Positions 37,689 through 48,567 of a stretch of 64,000 nucleotides of DNA are shown piece by piece (position 1 is the stretch's first letter; each line of letters starts with the position of its first letter). Position numbers and translations under genes: made by a program. The notes below the pieces were generated by a model. The model saw only the letters and a program-made list of their open reading frames with translations, was not told where the DNA came from and did no database searches. This DNA comes from an uncultured virus (IMG/VR IMGVR_UViG_3300029305_011567) (taxonomy: Duplodnaviria; Heunggongvirae; Uroviricota; Caudoviricetes), in IMG/VR virus record IMGVR_UViG_3300029305_011567; one strand, written 5' to 3'.

Positions 37689-38627
37689 TTACCAGATTTT
37701 ATCAGAAATTGTTACTTTCCTGTTATTAACAGTACGTACTGTTCCGATTCCGCTGGATAAATTCATAATATATTTTTCATCGTAATTCATACTGCTATGC
37801 CATGTAATATCTGTGTAATAGTATGTACCGTTAATAATTACGAGGTTCCATGCATGTGCACAGGTTGTTCCATCATCCTTCTGTGCGGTTCCAGCTTCAA
37901 CGTAACTTTCAATACCTAACATTCTGAGTAGTTGTGAATAAGTGTTTGCGTATCCCTGACAAATAGCTCTATTGTTGTGCAGAGTAAAATATGTCGTATA
38001 CGGTAACTGCTTAGGCTCAAGTATTGAGTAATCGTAGGTATTGTAATCATAACTTACTCTTCTCGCCAAATATCTTGCCAGTGTCGCTGCCTTGTCATAA
38101 TCGCTCATTTCCGGTGTTACGCCACTGTCGCTTAACGCATCAATCATGTACTGTGGATAGCCGGGATTTGTTGCACCTACTACATCGTAAATCGGTGTGC
38201 CGTTTGCTGTATAACTCCATATGAACATTTCATAACTGCCTACCCACTTTGTTACCACCGCAGGAACAGGTGTCGGTTCCGGTGTAGGTGTTGCTGTGGG
38301 AACCGGTGTTTCCACAATCACGACTTCCGTTGGAACTGCTTCTACTGCCGCTTCGGTAGGTACTGCCGTAGGTGCTACGGTTGGTGTCGGCTCTACTGTC
38401 GGTTCCGGTGTAGGCGTTGCTGTCGGAGCAGGTGTTTCGGTTGGTGTAGGTGTCGGTTCCGGTGTCACGGTCGGCTCTGCGCTCGGTGTTACCTCTTCCA
38501 CTTCCGCATCTTCTACGGTTTCCACGCTCTCTGTTACTTCGGTTTCCTTATCCTTGTTACCGCAGCCCATTGCCAGTGCTGTTACAAGGGTGATACTTAA
38601 TAATAATGCAATCAGTCTCTTTTTCAT
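37689..38627 (-). CDS. Transglutaminase-like domain lipoprotein with PT-rich linker
   Basis: Lipobox AMGC; AICQGYA, HAWN, YTDITW catalytic triad. Confidence 0.85.
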   Translation of the reverse strand: MKKRLIALLLSITLVTALAMGCGNKDKETEVTESVETVEDAEVEEVTPSAEPTVTPEPTPTPTETPAPTATPTPEPTVEPTPTVAPTAVPTEAAVEAVPTEVVIVETPVPTATPTPEPTPVPAVVTKWVGSYEMFIWSYTANGTPIYDVVGATNPGYPQYMIDALSDSGVTPEMSDYDKAATLARYLARRVSYDYNTYDYSILEPKQLPYTTYFTLHNNRAICQGYANTYSQLLRMLGIESYVEAGTAQKDDGTTCAHAWNLVIINGTYYYTDITWHSSMNYDEKYIMNLSSGIGTVRTVNNRKVTISDKIW

Positions 38628-38866
38628 AATCATTACCTCCTTTACTGATAAGCCTTCTCTTCCTGATTTTATTATATTATAAATGTAGTATAGAGTCAAT
38701 ACATTTTTGAATATTTTTCTTATTTTTTATGTTTTTTATCTGCCTTTTATGTCCGTTGATATTGCATGTCAAACTGGATTTATCTTATAATGATATATAA
38801 GGTTCTTTATTACTATATCGAAAAACCGTAACGGTTACAATCATTTTGGGAAAGAAAAGGCGGACT

Positions 38867-41116
38867 ATGGAAAAACCTACCAAGCGACCGATCTGCGCAC
38901 CGTGTCACAAATATATCCTTCAAAACCTAAAAACACATACCGACGTAGCAGAGTTTGAAAAATCCTTTTTAACCGAATCGGTAAAGGACGGGCTTTCCAA
39001 AGAAGAAGCCTACGCCTTTTTGGAAGCTACCTTAATGTATCTGCCAGCTGATGCACCGGTTACGCGCAAGGACTTTCTGCTGACGGAGTATGCAGACTAT
39101 GACAGTCTGCTTTCGTCCTTAAATAACAATTCCTGCTTAAAGCAGTATGCTACCTGCCGTTCCTTTTACCGGCGGTTTGATAGTACAACCGCCATGTGTG
39201 CGTTCTGCCATAAGTATGACAAATACCAGAATCTTTATAAAGAAAAGGAAGCGTGTCTGCTTCACTATCTGCTTTCGGATATCTCGCACTATGACAGACT
39301 AAGTGAGAAATTAACCCCGTCTGTCTTTCGCAGCGTCTTTGATCTTGCGGAAGGTATGAAGCTGGCAAAACCCGTAGTGGTTACTGCTTATGCCTTTGTC
39401 TATGAAGCATTCTGTACCAACATATATGAATACTTTAACTATAACATGGGCGACCACCCTTCCGCTGCGCTCTTAAACCACTTTGTTTTACTGGTTACAA
39501 AAGGAAAGCGGATACCCACCGTTATTACATCAAAAAAGAACTGGACGATTGTTCTTTTTCAGATTGTCATGGATACCATTTTGTCTGCACCGGAAATTAC
39601 CGATGCAGAAGCAGAAAGCATTGTGGAACTGCTAAAGAGTGTGCGTCCGTCCAAAACCAAAAGTAATACACGTACCAAAAGCAGTACGGGTACGCGCTCC
39701 AGAAAAGCTGACGTACCATCGCCCGAACCGGTGGAGATTTTTGACGTACATGATGTGGAATCCGTTTCTGATAATACGGTTTCCGCTACTGAATCAGACA
39801 CACAGAAAACAGACGGAAGCAAAGACAGCGTATCTGGTAATCATGCAGACGCAGACAGTTTATCGCATAACCATCAATCTGCTGTATATTTGCCAGCCGT
39901 GGTTCAGCTTTCCACACAGCCGTTTGTTGTCCTTCCGGGTGATCCGTACAGCCGTTATCATGCAAAGGATAATGTAGCACAAGCGGAATCTGAACCACAA
40001 ACCGAAACGCTGTCTGATAATGTTTGTGACAGTACAAATACAGAACCGGACACATCGCAGACACGATACCGCGTGATAGAAGATAAGCGTAAAGATATAG
40101 AAAAAGAGGATATCTACCCGGACGATTTAGCACCGTTTGTAGTAGTAACACGCGCGGATTTAAAAAATGCAAAGGAGCTAACTACGGACACGCTCTCACA
40201 CTTTGAAACGGGTATGGAAAAAGATACCTACGTCTTTGTGGAAGTAATTGCCCTAAGTGATGAAGCTATTGATACAGACAGTGCATATACCTATCTGTTC
40301 CTATTTTATTTAAGACACAATAACTGCTTTTACTTTGTGTCACCGGAAGATACCAACGTATTTAAGTTCTGTAAACCGTATCTGGAACATAATTCCTACA
40401 AGAAGGTGTGTTTTGCCCCGTACCTCTTGTATGGTGTGGGAATGTTATACTCCGTTGCCATTAAAAACGTACACAGCCTTATGACAACACACTACCTTTT
40501 GGAAAAGAGTTCCCATAACCATCTGTACGGAAATATCTTAAAGCTCTATGAGCCGAATCTCCATACCCTTCCGTCCAGTGATGAAGATGCGGAATCTGAC
40601 TGTCCGTATCTGTACGGTATGCCGATGTATATGGGTGCACGTCACAACCAGATACGTCTGCTAAAACAGAAAAACCAACTGGAACAATACGACGACCAGC
40701 AGAGTTTTGACGAACTGCTTGGACGTTCTTATTTAAAGGAGCGGTTCTTTGAAAGCAGTGAACGGTTGTTTGATTTGAAACGACCGGGAGGATATCAGTT
40801 CCGTGACTATACCAACCTGTTACCTCTCAGTGCGGGAACGGTGATAACGTATACGATTGCGAACGCAAAGGGAACGGGACTGATTAAAAATATCTTGCTA
40901 TCCCTTGCCAAAAAGGGACGGTTCCGTACCGTGCCAATCTGCCTGCTTGGAATGACCGCTACTTCCTTTAGTCTGTTTTTGTCAAAAGACGTAACCGACT
41001 ACATGAATATGCAGATACATATAACTGCGGTGGAGCAGTTAAAACAGTATCAGAAAACCCGAAAGAAACAGACGGAGCTGGTGATCCGCCACAGTCAGAA
41101 AACCTATACCGTATAA
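38867..41116 (+). CDS. Large putative replication-associated protein (Cys-cluster N-terminus, PolA 3'-5' exonuclease-like segment)
   Basis: CAPC, TC..F...CAFC; KPYLEHNSYKKVCF...SLMTTHYLLE resembles the PolA exo domain. Confidence 0.45.
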   Translation: MEKPTKRPICAPCHKYILQNLKTHTDVAEFEKSFLTESVKDGLSKEEAYAFLEATLMYLPADAPVTRKDFLLTEYADYDSLLSSLNNNSCLKQYATCRSFYRRFDSTTAMCAFCHKYDKYQNLYKEKEACLLHYLLSDISHYDRLSEKLTPSVFRSVFDLAEGMKLAKPVVVTAYAFVYEAFCTNIYEYFNYNMGDHPSAALLNHFVLLVTKGKRIPTVITSKKNWTIVLFQIVMDTILSAPEITDAEAESIVELLKSVRPSKTKSNTRTKSSTGTRSRKADVPSPEPVEIFDVHDVESVSDNTVSATESDTQKTDGSKDSVSGNHADADSLSHNHQSAVYLPAVVQLSTQPFVVLPGDPYSRYHAKDNVAQAESEPQTETLSDNVCDSTNTEPDTSQTRYRVIEDKRKDIEKEDIYPDDLAPFVVVTRADLKNAKELTTDTLSHFETGMEKDTYVFVEVIALSDEAIDTDSAYTYLFLFYLRHNNCFYFVSPEDTNVFKFCKPYLEHNSYKKVCFAPYLLYGVGMLYSVAIKNVHSLMTTHYLLEKSSHNHLYGNILKLYEPNLHTLPSSDEDAESDCPYLYGMPMYMGARHNQIRLLKQKNQLEQYDDQQSFDELLGRSYLKERFFESSERLFDLKRPGGYQFRDYTNLLPLSAGTVITYTIANAKGTGLIKNILLSLAKKGRFRTVPICLLGMTATSFSLFLSKDVTDYMNMQIHITAVEQLKQYQKTRKKQTELVIRHSQKTYTV

Positions 41117-41159
41117 AAAGCGTGTGGATTTTACCTGCGCTTTTTATATGACGCAAAGG

Positions 41160-41308
41160 TGTACGCCATCTGTACGCGAGCTATACGCCAGTGGTATGTT
41201 TTGGGTGTACGCCAGTAACCTAAAACGAATGTAAATTGCCCATATTTTTGGGTGTACGCCACTATGTACGCCACCATGTACGCGAACTTTTTATAAAAAT
41301 ATACGCAA
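41160..41308 (+). repeat. Iteron-like T(G/A)TACGC(C/G/A)A direct repeats
   Basis: Copies at 41160, 41171, 41182, 41206, 41253, 41265, 41277, 41300. Confidence 0.8.
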
Positions 41309-41767
41309 AGCCAGTATTTAAGCCAGTTTCCAAAAGTGCGAAAGAGCCGACTAATACCCTATTAAAGCCTTGTGATTTTCCCGTTGAAAAGCCATGCCCT
41401 AACCAATGATTTTTAATGAACGCATTTTCCTTTTCTTTTTCTGAAATCTCACTCTGCTTTTTTCGTTCTCTTTTCTGATATTTTTCTGCTACTGTACTTT
41501 GCCATATTTCATCTTTGCCCTATTGTAATGCGTAATGCTATTTTACTGCCTTTGGCTTTTTTCTTTTTTTGCCTTATTCTTTTAAGCCATACGCCTAATG
41601 GCGTATGAAAGCCACGGCACTGTATTGCGCCTTACGCTGCCATTCCGATAATCATGGCAGCAGGCGCTTGCCACTTATATACCATTCATGGACGGGGCGG
41701 TCTTGCTGCCCTTTACTAATGTTCTATCTTTAACTACTTATTACTACCCATTAAGGAGGCTGCTCTT

Positions 41768-43345
41768 ATGTATCTTGAAAACCATTACTTATTACCACAA
41801 AGCCGTTATACATCCTTATCCCCGGAAGAGTATTATAAGCGTATGTCAGAGGACTTCCAATTTATCGCAGACACATCCAGTATCCGTCATGCGATTTTAT
41901 CCTTTGGCTACTTTTGTAAATACTTCTCCGCAGAGGAACTGTTGCAGTACCTTGGCTTTCCGAACCATAACGCCAATGTACTCCGTCCCCGTCTGAATGA
42001 CTATGTAACAGACGGTTATCTTCGTAGTGCCAAACTAACTAGTAAGGACAGCAACACTTCTACGGTCTATTACTTAACCGAAAAAGGCCATTCTTTTATT
42101 ATACCACTACATCTTGCCGAATTTAAGAATCCGTTTAAGCGCAAGGGTAAGGCGATTGAGATTATGCACAGTTACAGTATCGGACAAAACTTCTTTGGTC
42201 TACTTTCCTCTCCGTATATTACCTTGCCTTTTACGTGGCGCACGGAAGTCATGCTTTCCGGTGTCACTAAAGGCAGTTCCAACGCCTTATGTGCCGATGC
42301 ATATGTGCGCTGCGGACATTACAATATCTTTATCGAGGAAGACCTGCTTAATGAATCCAATGGTATCTTAATGCATAAGTTTGAAAACTATGTCCGTCAT
42401 GGTCTGATGGAACGCGATACGGATATGATTATTCTGTCCTGCAAACAGCCGTATGTTTATACTGCTTCACCGGCATACAGTAAACGTGCGCTGAAAGTCA
42501 TTGCAAAACTGTTTCAGGAATATCCGCAACGGGGGCTTTTTCAGCTCCCCACACAACAGCTTGGTACTAACGATAAAAAGGCATATGACGCGCTGTGTGC
42601 CGTTTTAAGGGCGTTTCATTATAATAAGGCAAGCCAGTTTACCATAGAGGACTTAGAACGCTATATAACGGAATTAGACGGCAAGAGAAACCCTTACCGC
42701 ATTGCCACTTATAATAAGGACCAGATGCGGATTACTTCACAGAAGCGGTATTCTTTGTTTGGCACGTACCGCGCCCTGCATAAAACACCGGAGCGTGACA
42801 CTGCTGCCTACTTAAAATTTCTGTTTGGTTTTCCTTTATATATCCTTCCTACCACGCTGATTGGAAACCACATGTACCTGATGTATAAGGAATCCGGCAT
42901 GGAGAATCTGGCATACCAGTCCTTGTGCCATTATTTTCCCGGCATGGCAGCAGGCTCTACACCCGTCAGCGGTGCCGTACCAGTGAAACAAGGGAAAACG
43001 GGTATGCGTCTGCGCAACTGCTATGACTGTGGCAGTAACGGCTATGTCTGTGTCGAGTTTTTATCCGTTGACCTTGGAGCCATGATCCGCGCATACCATT
43101 TCTTTGAATCTGCCGATGTAACCAGACACGATATGCCGTTTCACTTGGTACTGGTTGTGGAAAGTGCGTATGATGCCGAGCGCTTTTGTCAGGACACGGG
43201 ATACCGCCAGGCATTTGCTAAAATGAATCTGCGCAACATGAATATCTCCTTTATCCTGCGCCGTGACCTTGGACAGCGTGAAAAGCTCTTTATGCTTCCT
43301 ACGGGAAAGAATGACTATCCCGCATATTATGACGAGAATATCTGA
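41768..43345 (+). CDS. Replication-relaxation (Replic_Relax)-like protein
   Basis: wHTH with YYLTEKG, H motif, WRTE, CADA...IFIEEDL.NE....L..KF..Y. Confidence 0.65.
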   Translation: MYLENHYLLPQSRYTSLSPEEYYKRMSEDFQFIADTSSIRHAILSFGYFCKYFSAEELLQYLGFPNHNANVLRPRLNDYVTDGYLRSAKLTSKDSNTSTVYYLTEKGHSFIIPLHLAEFKNPFKRKGKAIEIMHSYSIGQNFFGLLSSPYITLPFTWRTEVMLSGVTKGSSNALCADAYVRCGHYNIFIEEDLLNESNGILMHKFENYVRHGLMERDTDMIILSCKQPYVYTASPAYSKRALKVIAKLFQEYPQRGLFQLPTQQLGTNDKKAYDALCAVLRAFHYNKASQFTIEDLERYITELDGKRNPYRIATYNKDQMRITSQKRYSLFGTYRALHKTPERDTAAYLKFLFGFPLYILPTTLIGNHMYLMYKESGMENLAYQSLCHYFPGMAAGSTPVSGAVPVKQGKTGMRLRNCYDCGSNGYVCVEFLSVDLGAMIRAYHFFESADVTRHDMPFHLVLVVESAYDAERFCQDTGYRQAFAKMNLRNMNISFILRRDLGQREKLFMLPTGKNDYPAYYDENI

Positions 43346-43964
43346 TGCTCGCCGGCATTTTGAAACTTGTATATCCTACTTCATTAAAAAAGACTATGCT
43401 TTGTCGGCGTAGTCTTTTTTAGGGTTATTATTTGTTTTATTTTCAATTCCCTTTACGGTTTTGTGGATATTATCCTATCTATCTTCATTACACCTGCTGC
43501 CGTCTGATTGCCTATCTTAATAAACCGGTTTTCGTCATTTTCGCAGTTGTTTGTTTCCTCTGTTCTTATCTGATTGCACAAAACGCTCTGCCTTGCCATC
43601 CGGTAATGACAGCCTGATATCCGATCCGGCAGCAGTATCGGCCATCTTGGAAAGGGGGCGCAATTTGCCGTTTTTTAACCGTTTCATTTCATGCGCGGGC
43701 GGGGGGCAACACAGCCAAACATACATTCGTATTTTACTTGCCATTACTGTCATATTGTGCTATACTAATTATGGGTGCTACCAAAACGGTGGCGGTTCAC
43801 CTTTCGCCAGACAAAGTACGTCTGAGAGCTTCCGGTATCTTTGGAAGTGGTACGATGGAAAATAAAGTGGAATGTAAGAAATGCGGTGTTGGGAACAATC
43901 GTGGGAATTGTTGGTATTGTAGTGACGGTTATCAGTATCCATCATTCCCGCAGGAATACATAGA

Positions 43965-44012
43965 CATCAAAAAAGCAACCTTTCAAATTTGAAGGGTTGC
44001 TTTTTTGATGTG
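43965..44012. terminator. Bidirectional terminator
   Basis: CATCAAAAAAGCAACCTTTCA...TGAAGGGTTGCTTTTTTTGATG. Confidence 0.8.
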
Positions 44013-44155
44013 TAACTGTTAACCAAGGTGGACCGTTGCTGTACGGTGCACCTTTCTGTTTTTATTGTAATTCACGGTTTGTGTTTTGTCAACTGCCAAG
44101 TGGTATATGATGACCTTTAAAACACTGCATATTATATAATCAATACTGCGTAATA

Positions 44156-44509
44156 TCAACGATCCGACAATTTTTGAACTACATACTGGTTAAGACTTAT
44201 ATTTTCACTCTTAGCTTCCGTTGCCAGCTTTTTATGCAGGCTCTTGGGAATTCGTATAACAAATTTCCCACTATAATCACTCTCTTCCGCTTGATACGGT
44301 ACTGGCACCTCCTTTTTCATATCTAACAATGCTTTAATGTATAGTTCCATTGCTTCATCAAGATTGCTGTATACTTCTTGAATGGTATTTCCGGTGCTCT
44401 GGCATCCTTCTAGTTCTAATACTTTCCCATAGAAATAATGTTCATTTTTTTCATGTATTTCTCTAATAAATTTAGTATAAGGAAGTTTTAAATAATCATT
44501 TATTTCCAT
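44156..44509 (-). CDS. hicB: HicB-family antitoxin
   Basis: LEGCQSTG.T..E...NL.EA; YSGKFVIRIPKSLH..L..EA..ENISLNQY. Confidence 0.88.
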   Translation of the reverse strand: MEINDYLKLPYTKFIREIHEKNEHYFYGKVLELEGCQSTGNTIQEVYSNLDEAMELYIKALLDMKKEVPVPYQAEESDYSGKFVIRIPKSLHKKLATEAKSENISLNQYVVQKLSDR

Positions 44510-44587
44510 AACCAACACTCCTATTTTCACCTTTCTGTTTTGAACACTCTTTTCATATTTTAAGCGACTTAATACTTGCGGTCTCAC

Positions 44588-44917
44588 TTACTGAAAAATC
44601 TGCTTTACTTTCTGCATCAGCTCGTCCATATTGCCGCTTTCATGCGAACACACCAAACGGTACAGCTGGTCGTAGGTGTCCCATGAATCCTGCGGTATGT
44701 GACAAGTATCCTGTGCCAGTATGTATAATTCCTCCAGTGCCAGACTGATCGCGGACAAAATACTTTCGCGGAACTGTATGGCATGATGAAATGCTGCTTC
44801 TTTTTCTTCCTGTGTTTCGGTTTCCGTTACCTTATCCTGTATCACATCTACCAGCTTATCTGCGGTCTGTAAAAATGCCACTATGGATAATGCGTATTCC
44901 TTTTCTGACTGTGCCAT
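44588..44917 (-). CDS. Hypothetical protein
   Basis: AAGGAG RBS, helical 109 aa. Confidence 0.6.
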   Translation of the reverse strand: MAQSEKEYALSIVAFLQTADKLVDVIQDKVTETETQEEKEAAFHHAIQFRESILSAISLALEELYILAQDTCHIPQDSWDTYDQLYRLVCSHESGNMDELMQKVKQIFQ

Positions 44918-44934
44918 TCGGTTCTCCTTATTGT

Positions 44935-45285
44935 CTATGATTCTGTTTTTATATTGCGGATGGTTTCAATCAACTTATCCTTATCTCCGTTGTACCAATC
45001 CGTCAGGATGCTCTTGAGATTACCTTCGACATACTCACTGCTTTTTTTAAGCGGGCTGTAATAAAAGGTTCTGCTTGAACGCACTCTCATGATATACCCT
45101 TTTTTATAGAGCCTTGCTAAAAAGGTGGAAACAGTCTGCGGTTTCCAGTTATACCCGTACCGTTTATTTGCCCTTTCCGTGATCTCCAGCATAATCAGCT
45201 CCGTGCCGGAATCCCATAATACTTTCATTACCTGTGCTTCGCACATAGAAAGTTCTTGTTTCTTATACGCCCTTTCCTGTTTCAT
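44935..45285 (-). CDS. BlaI/MecI/CopY-family repressor
   Basis: LS..E.QVM.VLW, WKPQTVSTFLARLYKKGY. Confidence 0.9.
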   Translation of the reverse strand: MKQERAYKKQELSMCEAQVMKVLWDSGTELIMLEITERANKRYGYNWKPQTVSTFLARLYKKGYIMRVRSSRTFYYSPLKKSSEYVEGNLKSILTDWYNGDKDKLIETIRNIKTES

Positions 45286-45476
45286 TTGTACCTCCCGTAA
45301 TTACAAGTTTTTCCTGTTTTCTGCCAAAATAAGCTGACAGCCGCACTAATAGGCTGTCTGATACGCTTTTTGCCATAAACGGCTGTAACACAAACAGCGG
45401 TTTGGGTCTGCCGTTTACTTTACCTATACCGGCATAGTAAAGCAATGTGCCGTCGTCGTCTTTCTTTCTGATGATG

Positions 45477-45884
45477 TTACCCATGTTCATTCCCTCCCGT
45501 TTTAAAATGTGCAATCCATAATTTTTCTATCCGGTATTTTTGCATAAATTCCTGTATAGTCTGTTCAGGTTCATACATAGTGTCCATGTACTCCCGTAAA
45601 GTGAAGTAATCGGTTCGGCTTTTTAGCTTACAGCCAACCCGGTCAGCATAGGTAAAAAGCTGTGTCACCGGTATGGTTATGTCCAGCTGTCCGTTTGGAT
45701 ATATCCTTACCGCTCCTGCTGCCAAAAGCGACTGCATCTGGTCGATAATCATATAGAGAATATCCCCGGACGGTGCGGACTGTTCCATTTCCCACTTTAC
45801 ATAGGTGCTTTTGGGTACGCCAAGGTAATGTGCCGCATCTGCCTGTGTGAACCCTAACTGTTCCCGGCATTTTTTCAGATTCAT
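45477..45884 (-). CDS. XRE-family HTH protein
   Basis: FTQADAAHYLGVPKSTYVKWE. Confidence 0.8.
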   Translation of the reverse strand: MNLKKCREQLGFTQADAAHYLGVPKSTYVKWEMEQSAPSGDILYMIIDQMQSLLAAGAVRIYPNGQLDITIPVTQLFTYADRVGCKLKSRTDYFTLREYMDTMYEPEQTIQEFMQKYRIEKLWIAHFKTGGNEHG

Positions 45885-46171
45885 TTTGCCCCTTTCTTTT
45901 AATTTTTGTGGAAAGTTTTTTTTCACAAAAATTAAATTGAATCCCACCCTCTATATCTGCATAATAATAACTATCAGTTATCTTGAAAGGATGATTTTTA
46001 TGTCAGTTTCGTGTGATATTACAAATAATCAGGTCCGGCTTGCTTCTTTTGGCATGGTTTTACAGGTACTTGATTCGGTGAAAGATTCTTATGCCAATTC
46101 CTTTGTGATCCTGCCGGACGGTTCCCGCCTTGATTATGCTATGGCGGTGTCCCTTGTAGAAGACAGTGTTT

Positions 46172-46540
46172 CTAAACTGTTTTCCAATGGATAATGCTTT
46201 GTTCCGGCACATGCACGGAGCAGATACGTATGTTTTCCTTCGTTCTTGCACCGATATCCTTTTCCTTATCCGCATACCCACACACCGGGCTTCCTGTAGC
46301 TTTTTTGACGCGGTATGCGCAGTAACTACACAACACATTTCCTACCGGGTATAACCCATCCGGATGTTCTTCTATGATTTTGTCATAGTTTAATTCATTT
46401 TTTGCCGTCTGCGCGGCCTTCCGGTTTGCGTAACCGAGTGCTCTTGTCGCTTCGGTTACGGTGTATCCCTGCTTTATCAAATCTTTCGCAGCTTCTATCT
46501 CTTCCCTACGCTTTTTTGACTGTTGTCTTGTATAATTCAT
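46172..46540 (-). CDS. HTH + Cys-rich hypothetical protein
   Basis: GYTVTEATRALGY, CSYC; GGAGG RBS. Confidence 0.6.
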   Translation of the reverse strand: MNYTRQQSKKRREEIEAAKDLIKQGYTVTEATRALGYANRKAAQTAKNELNYDKIIEEHPDGLYPVGNVLCSYCAYRVKKATGSPVCGYADKEKDIGARTKENIRICSVHVPEQSIIHWKTV

Positions 46541-46940
46541 GGTAGCCTCCTTCTATTTTTATATAATTTTAATCAAATTTCGTACATAATTCAATACAAA
46601 TTTGCATTATATTATATGCTTTTTATGTTTTTTACATGCTTTTCGTGTTTATTTGAGTGTTTCTGTGCCGATACCGGCAGAAAGAGGTCTGATTTGAATA
46701 TATCGCAGTTGTCAAAACTATCCACTGGTAATATATTCCTTTTCATAGTATGAAACTATGGCAGCAGGTACTTAACCTTTCTATTCCACATATTATGCTG
46801 TTATTGCTGCAATGCCCGCGATTTAGTGTGAGTCTATACCATTCATATAATAGTTCCGTTTGGTCTTGTTGTCAACTTTCTAATTGCCATATTGGCAATT
46901 GTATTGATATGAAAATGAGCTAATATAAAGTTAGCTGGAG

Positions 46941-47279
46941 GTGGAGGATATGTTTACAGAAATTAAGAATATGAGAAAAAAGAAGGGTCTGACACAACTG
47001 GAAGTTGCGAAGGCACTGCACTGTGATGTGACTGTGTATAGCAGATATGAACGTGGAGACAGGGAACCGTCTATTGATATTCTCATGCGCCTGTCTAAAT
47101 TTTACAGTGTCAGTATTGACTTTATTGTTGGGAATACAAACTGTGGCATGTTGTCTCTTACCAAATACGAAACAGACCTGATTATAGCATCCAGAGAAGC
47201 CGATGAGCGTGCCAGAGAAGATGCACTTGATATGCTTATCAGACACAGGATCACAAGGAAAAAAATGCAACGTGCGTAG
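46941..47279 (+). CDS. XRE-family HTH regulator
   Basis: LTQLEVAKAL...YSRYERGDREP...VSIDFIVG. Confidence 0.9.
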   Translation: MEDMFTEIKNMRKKKGLTQLEVAKALHCDVTVYSRYERGDREPSIDILMRLSKFYSVSIDFIVGNTNCGMLSLTKYETDLIIASREADERAREDALDMLIRHRITRKKMQRA

Positions 47280-47538
47280 TCAGGAAAAGGAATATTTACT
47301 ATCTTTCTTAATAATTCTTCTTAGATAGTATCTGCCAATATGTTCGGCCATACCACTATAATTCACTCATTATAGATGCTTTCCGTGTGTTACGCCGCCT
47401 TTATCTGAAAAAAAATAAGCGACCATTCTCAAATTAATGAAAGTCGCTTATTTTATCTATTTATTTTCTATTCGATTTGTAACGTTTCCGTACTACGGTG
47501 TTGCGTTTTTGATCATTATCCTATCTATCCCATAGTTT

Positions 47539-48567
47539 TTATAATAAATACGTATTTTCTGCATCAATCATGTCGTTCACAAACTGATCGACTGTCTGTG
47601 GTATTTTATTATAGTTTACGGCAGATGCTTTTGTCCGGATATACGTAATATACTCCAAACGTTCATATTCTGACAACCGCTCATCTACAATACTGCTTTC
47701 AGGAATTTCATGCACTATAAATTGCGAAGAATCATTTATCTGCTGCAGCTTCTCACGTACTTCATGCGGGAGCGACTCGTCATCCATCAGTTCTCTTAAC
47801 TTTTGGCGGCTGAGTATAATTGTGTTATCATTCTGCTTCAGATGTACTTCAAGGTACTTTTTTTCCTGATCTGTCAAATTCGGTTTTCTTGAAATGCAGA
47901 TGCGCATTGCTGTAGGTCTTTTATTATTCCTTGATGATACTGTAACCACACTGGCCATCCATGCATTCAGTCTTTCGTATGATAAAGAAAAGATCATGAA
48001 ACTAATATCACCTTCGTTGTTACAAAGATAGCAATATGCACTCCGTGCGATACGTGAAAAAAACAGTATTCCGGTGTATGTCTGCCCTGTTTCCAAGGAC
48101 ATGGATGCTTTGCATCTGCCACCATCTCCTCTTTCAAAAGTCAGCGTACCTTTTACCAGCCTATTTCCTCTTGGATCATTGGACTGATAAAAATACGTAT
48201 GGAATGTGTCAATATATTGGGTAAATTCCGGCTCTTTCGGACTGGTAATAAATCTTGTTTTTGATTCCCTTGTCCCCCTTATCATAGCATTTTCTACATT
48301 CATCGCTGGAGGAGATATAAGTTGTGTAATACTTACCTTAAAAACTTTGCTCAACGCATATAAATGCAGCAGATCCATGGTTTTACCAAGTTCCATATTA
48401 GAGATCATTGTCTGCGATAAAGGTACATTATTAACAATACATGCCTGACTTAAATCCTTCTGTGCCCAGCGCCGATTTTTTCTTAATCGGCGTATGTTAT
48501 TTCCAATAATCTGTCGAAAATCTTCTGGCGTCTGTTCTATACGCACTATATCCTCTGGTCGTATCAT
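47539..48567 (-). CDS. XRE HTH protein with large unknown C-terminal domain
   Basis: IGNNIRRLRK...SQTMISNMELG. Confidence 0.75.
   Translation of the reverse strand: MIRPEDIVRIEQTPEDFRQIIGNNIRRLRKNRRWAQKDLSQACIVNNVPLSQTMISNMELGKTMDLLHLYALSKVFKVSITQLISPPAMNVENAMIRGTRESKTRFITSPKEPEFTQYIDTFHTYFYQSNDPRGNRLVKGTLTFERGDGGRCKASMSLETGQTYTGILFFSRIARSAYCYLCNNEGDISFMIFSLSYERLNAWMASVVTVSSRNNKRPTAMRICISRKPNLTDQEKKYLEVHLKQNDNTIILSRQKLRELMDDESLPHEVREKLQQINDSSQFIVHEIPESSIVDERLSEYERLEYITYIRTKASAVNYNKIPQTVDQFVNDMIDAENTYLL

Noticed and set aside
38260..38500. Short GGTTCCGGTG/GGTGTAGG repeats
   Set aside because: They encode the PT-rich linker of the transglutaminase-like lipoprotein
43738..43992. 84-aa Cys-rich ORF in the track
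   Set aside because: Its start overlaps a -35 box and its end runs into a terminator; the alternative hydrophobic frame fits better, though a shorter ATG 43855 product is not excluded
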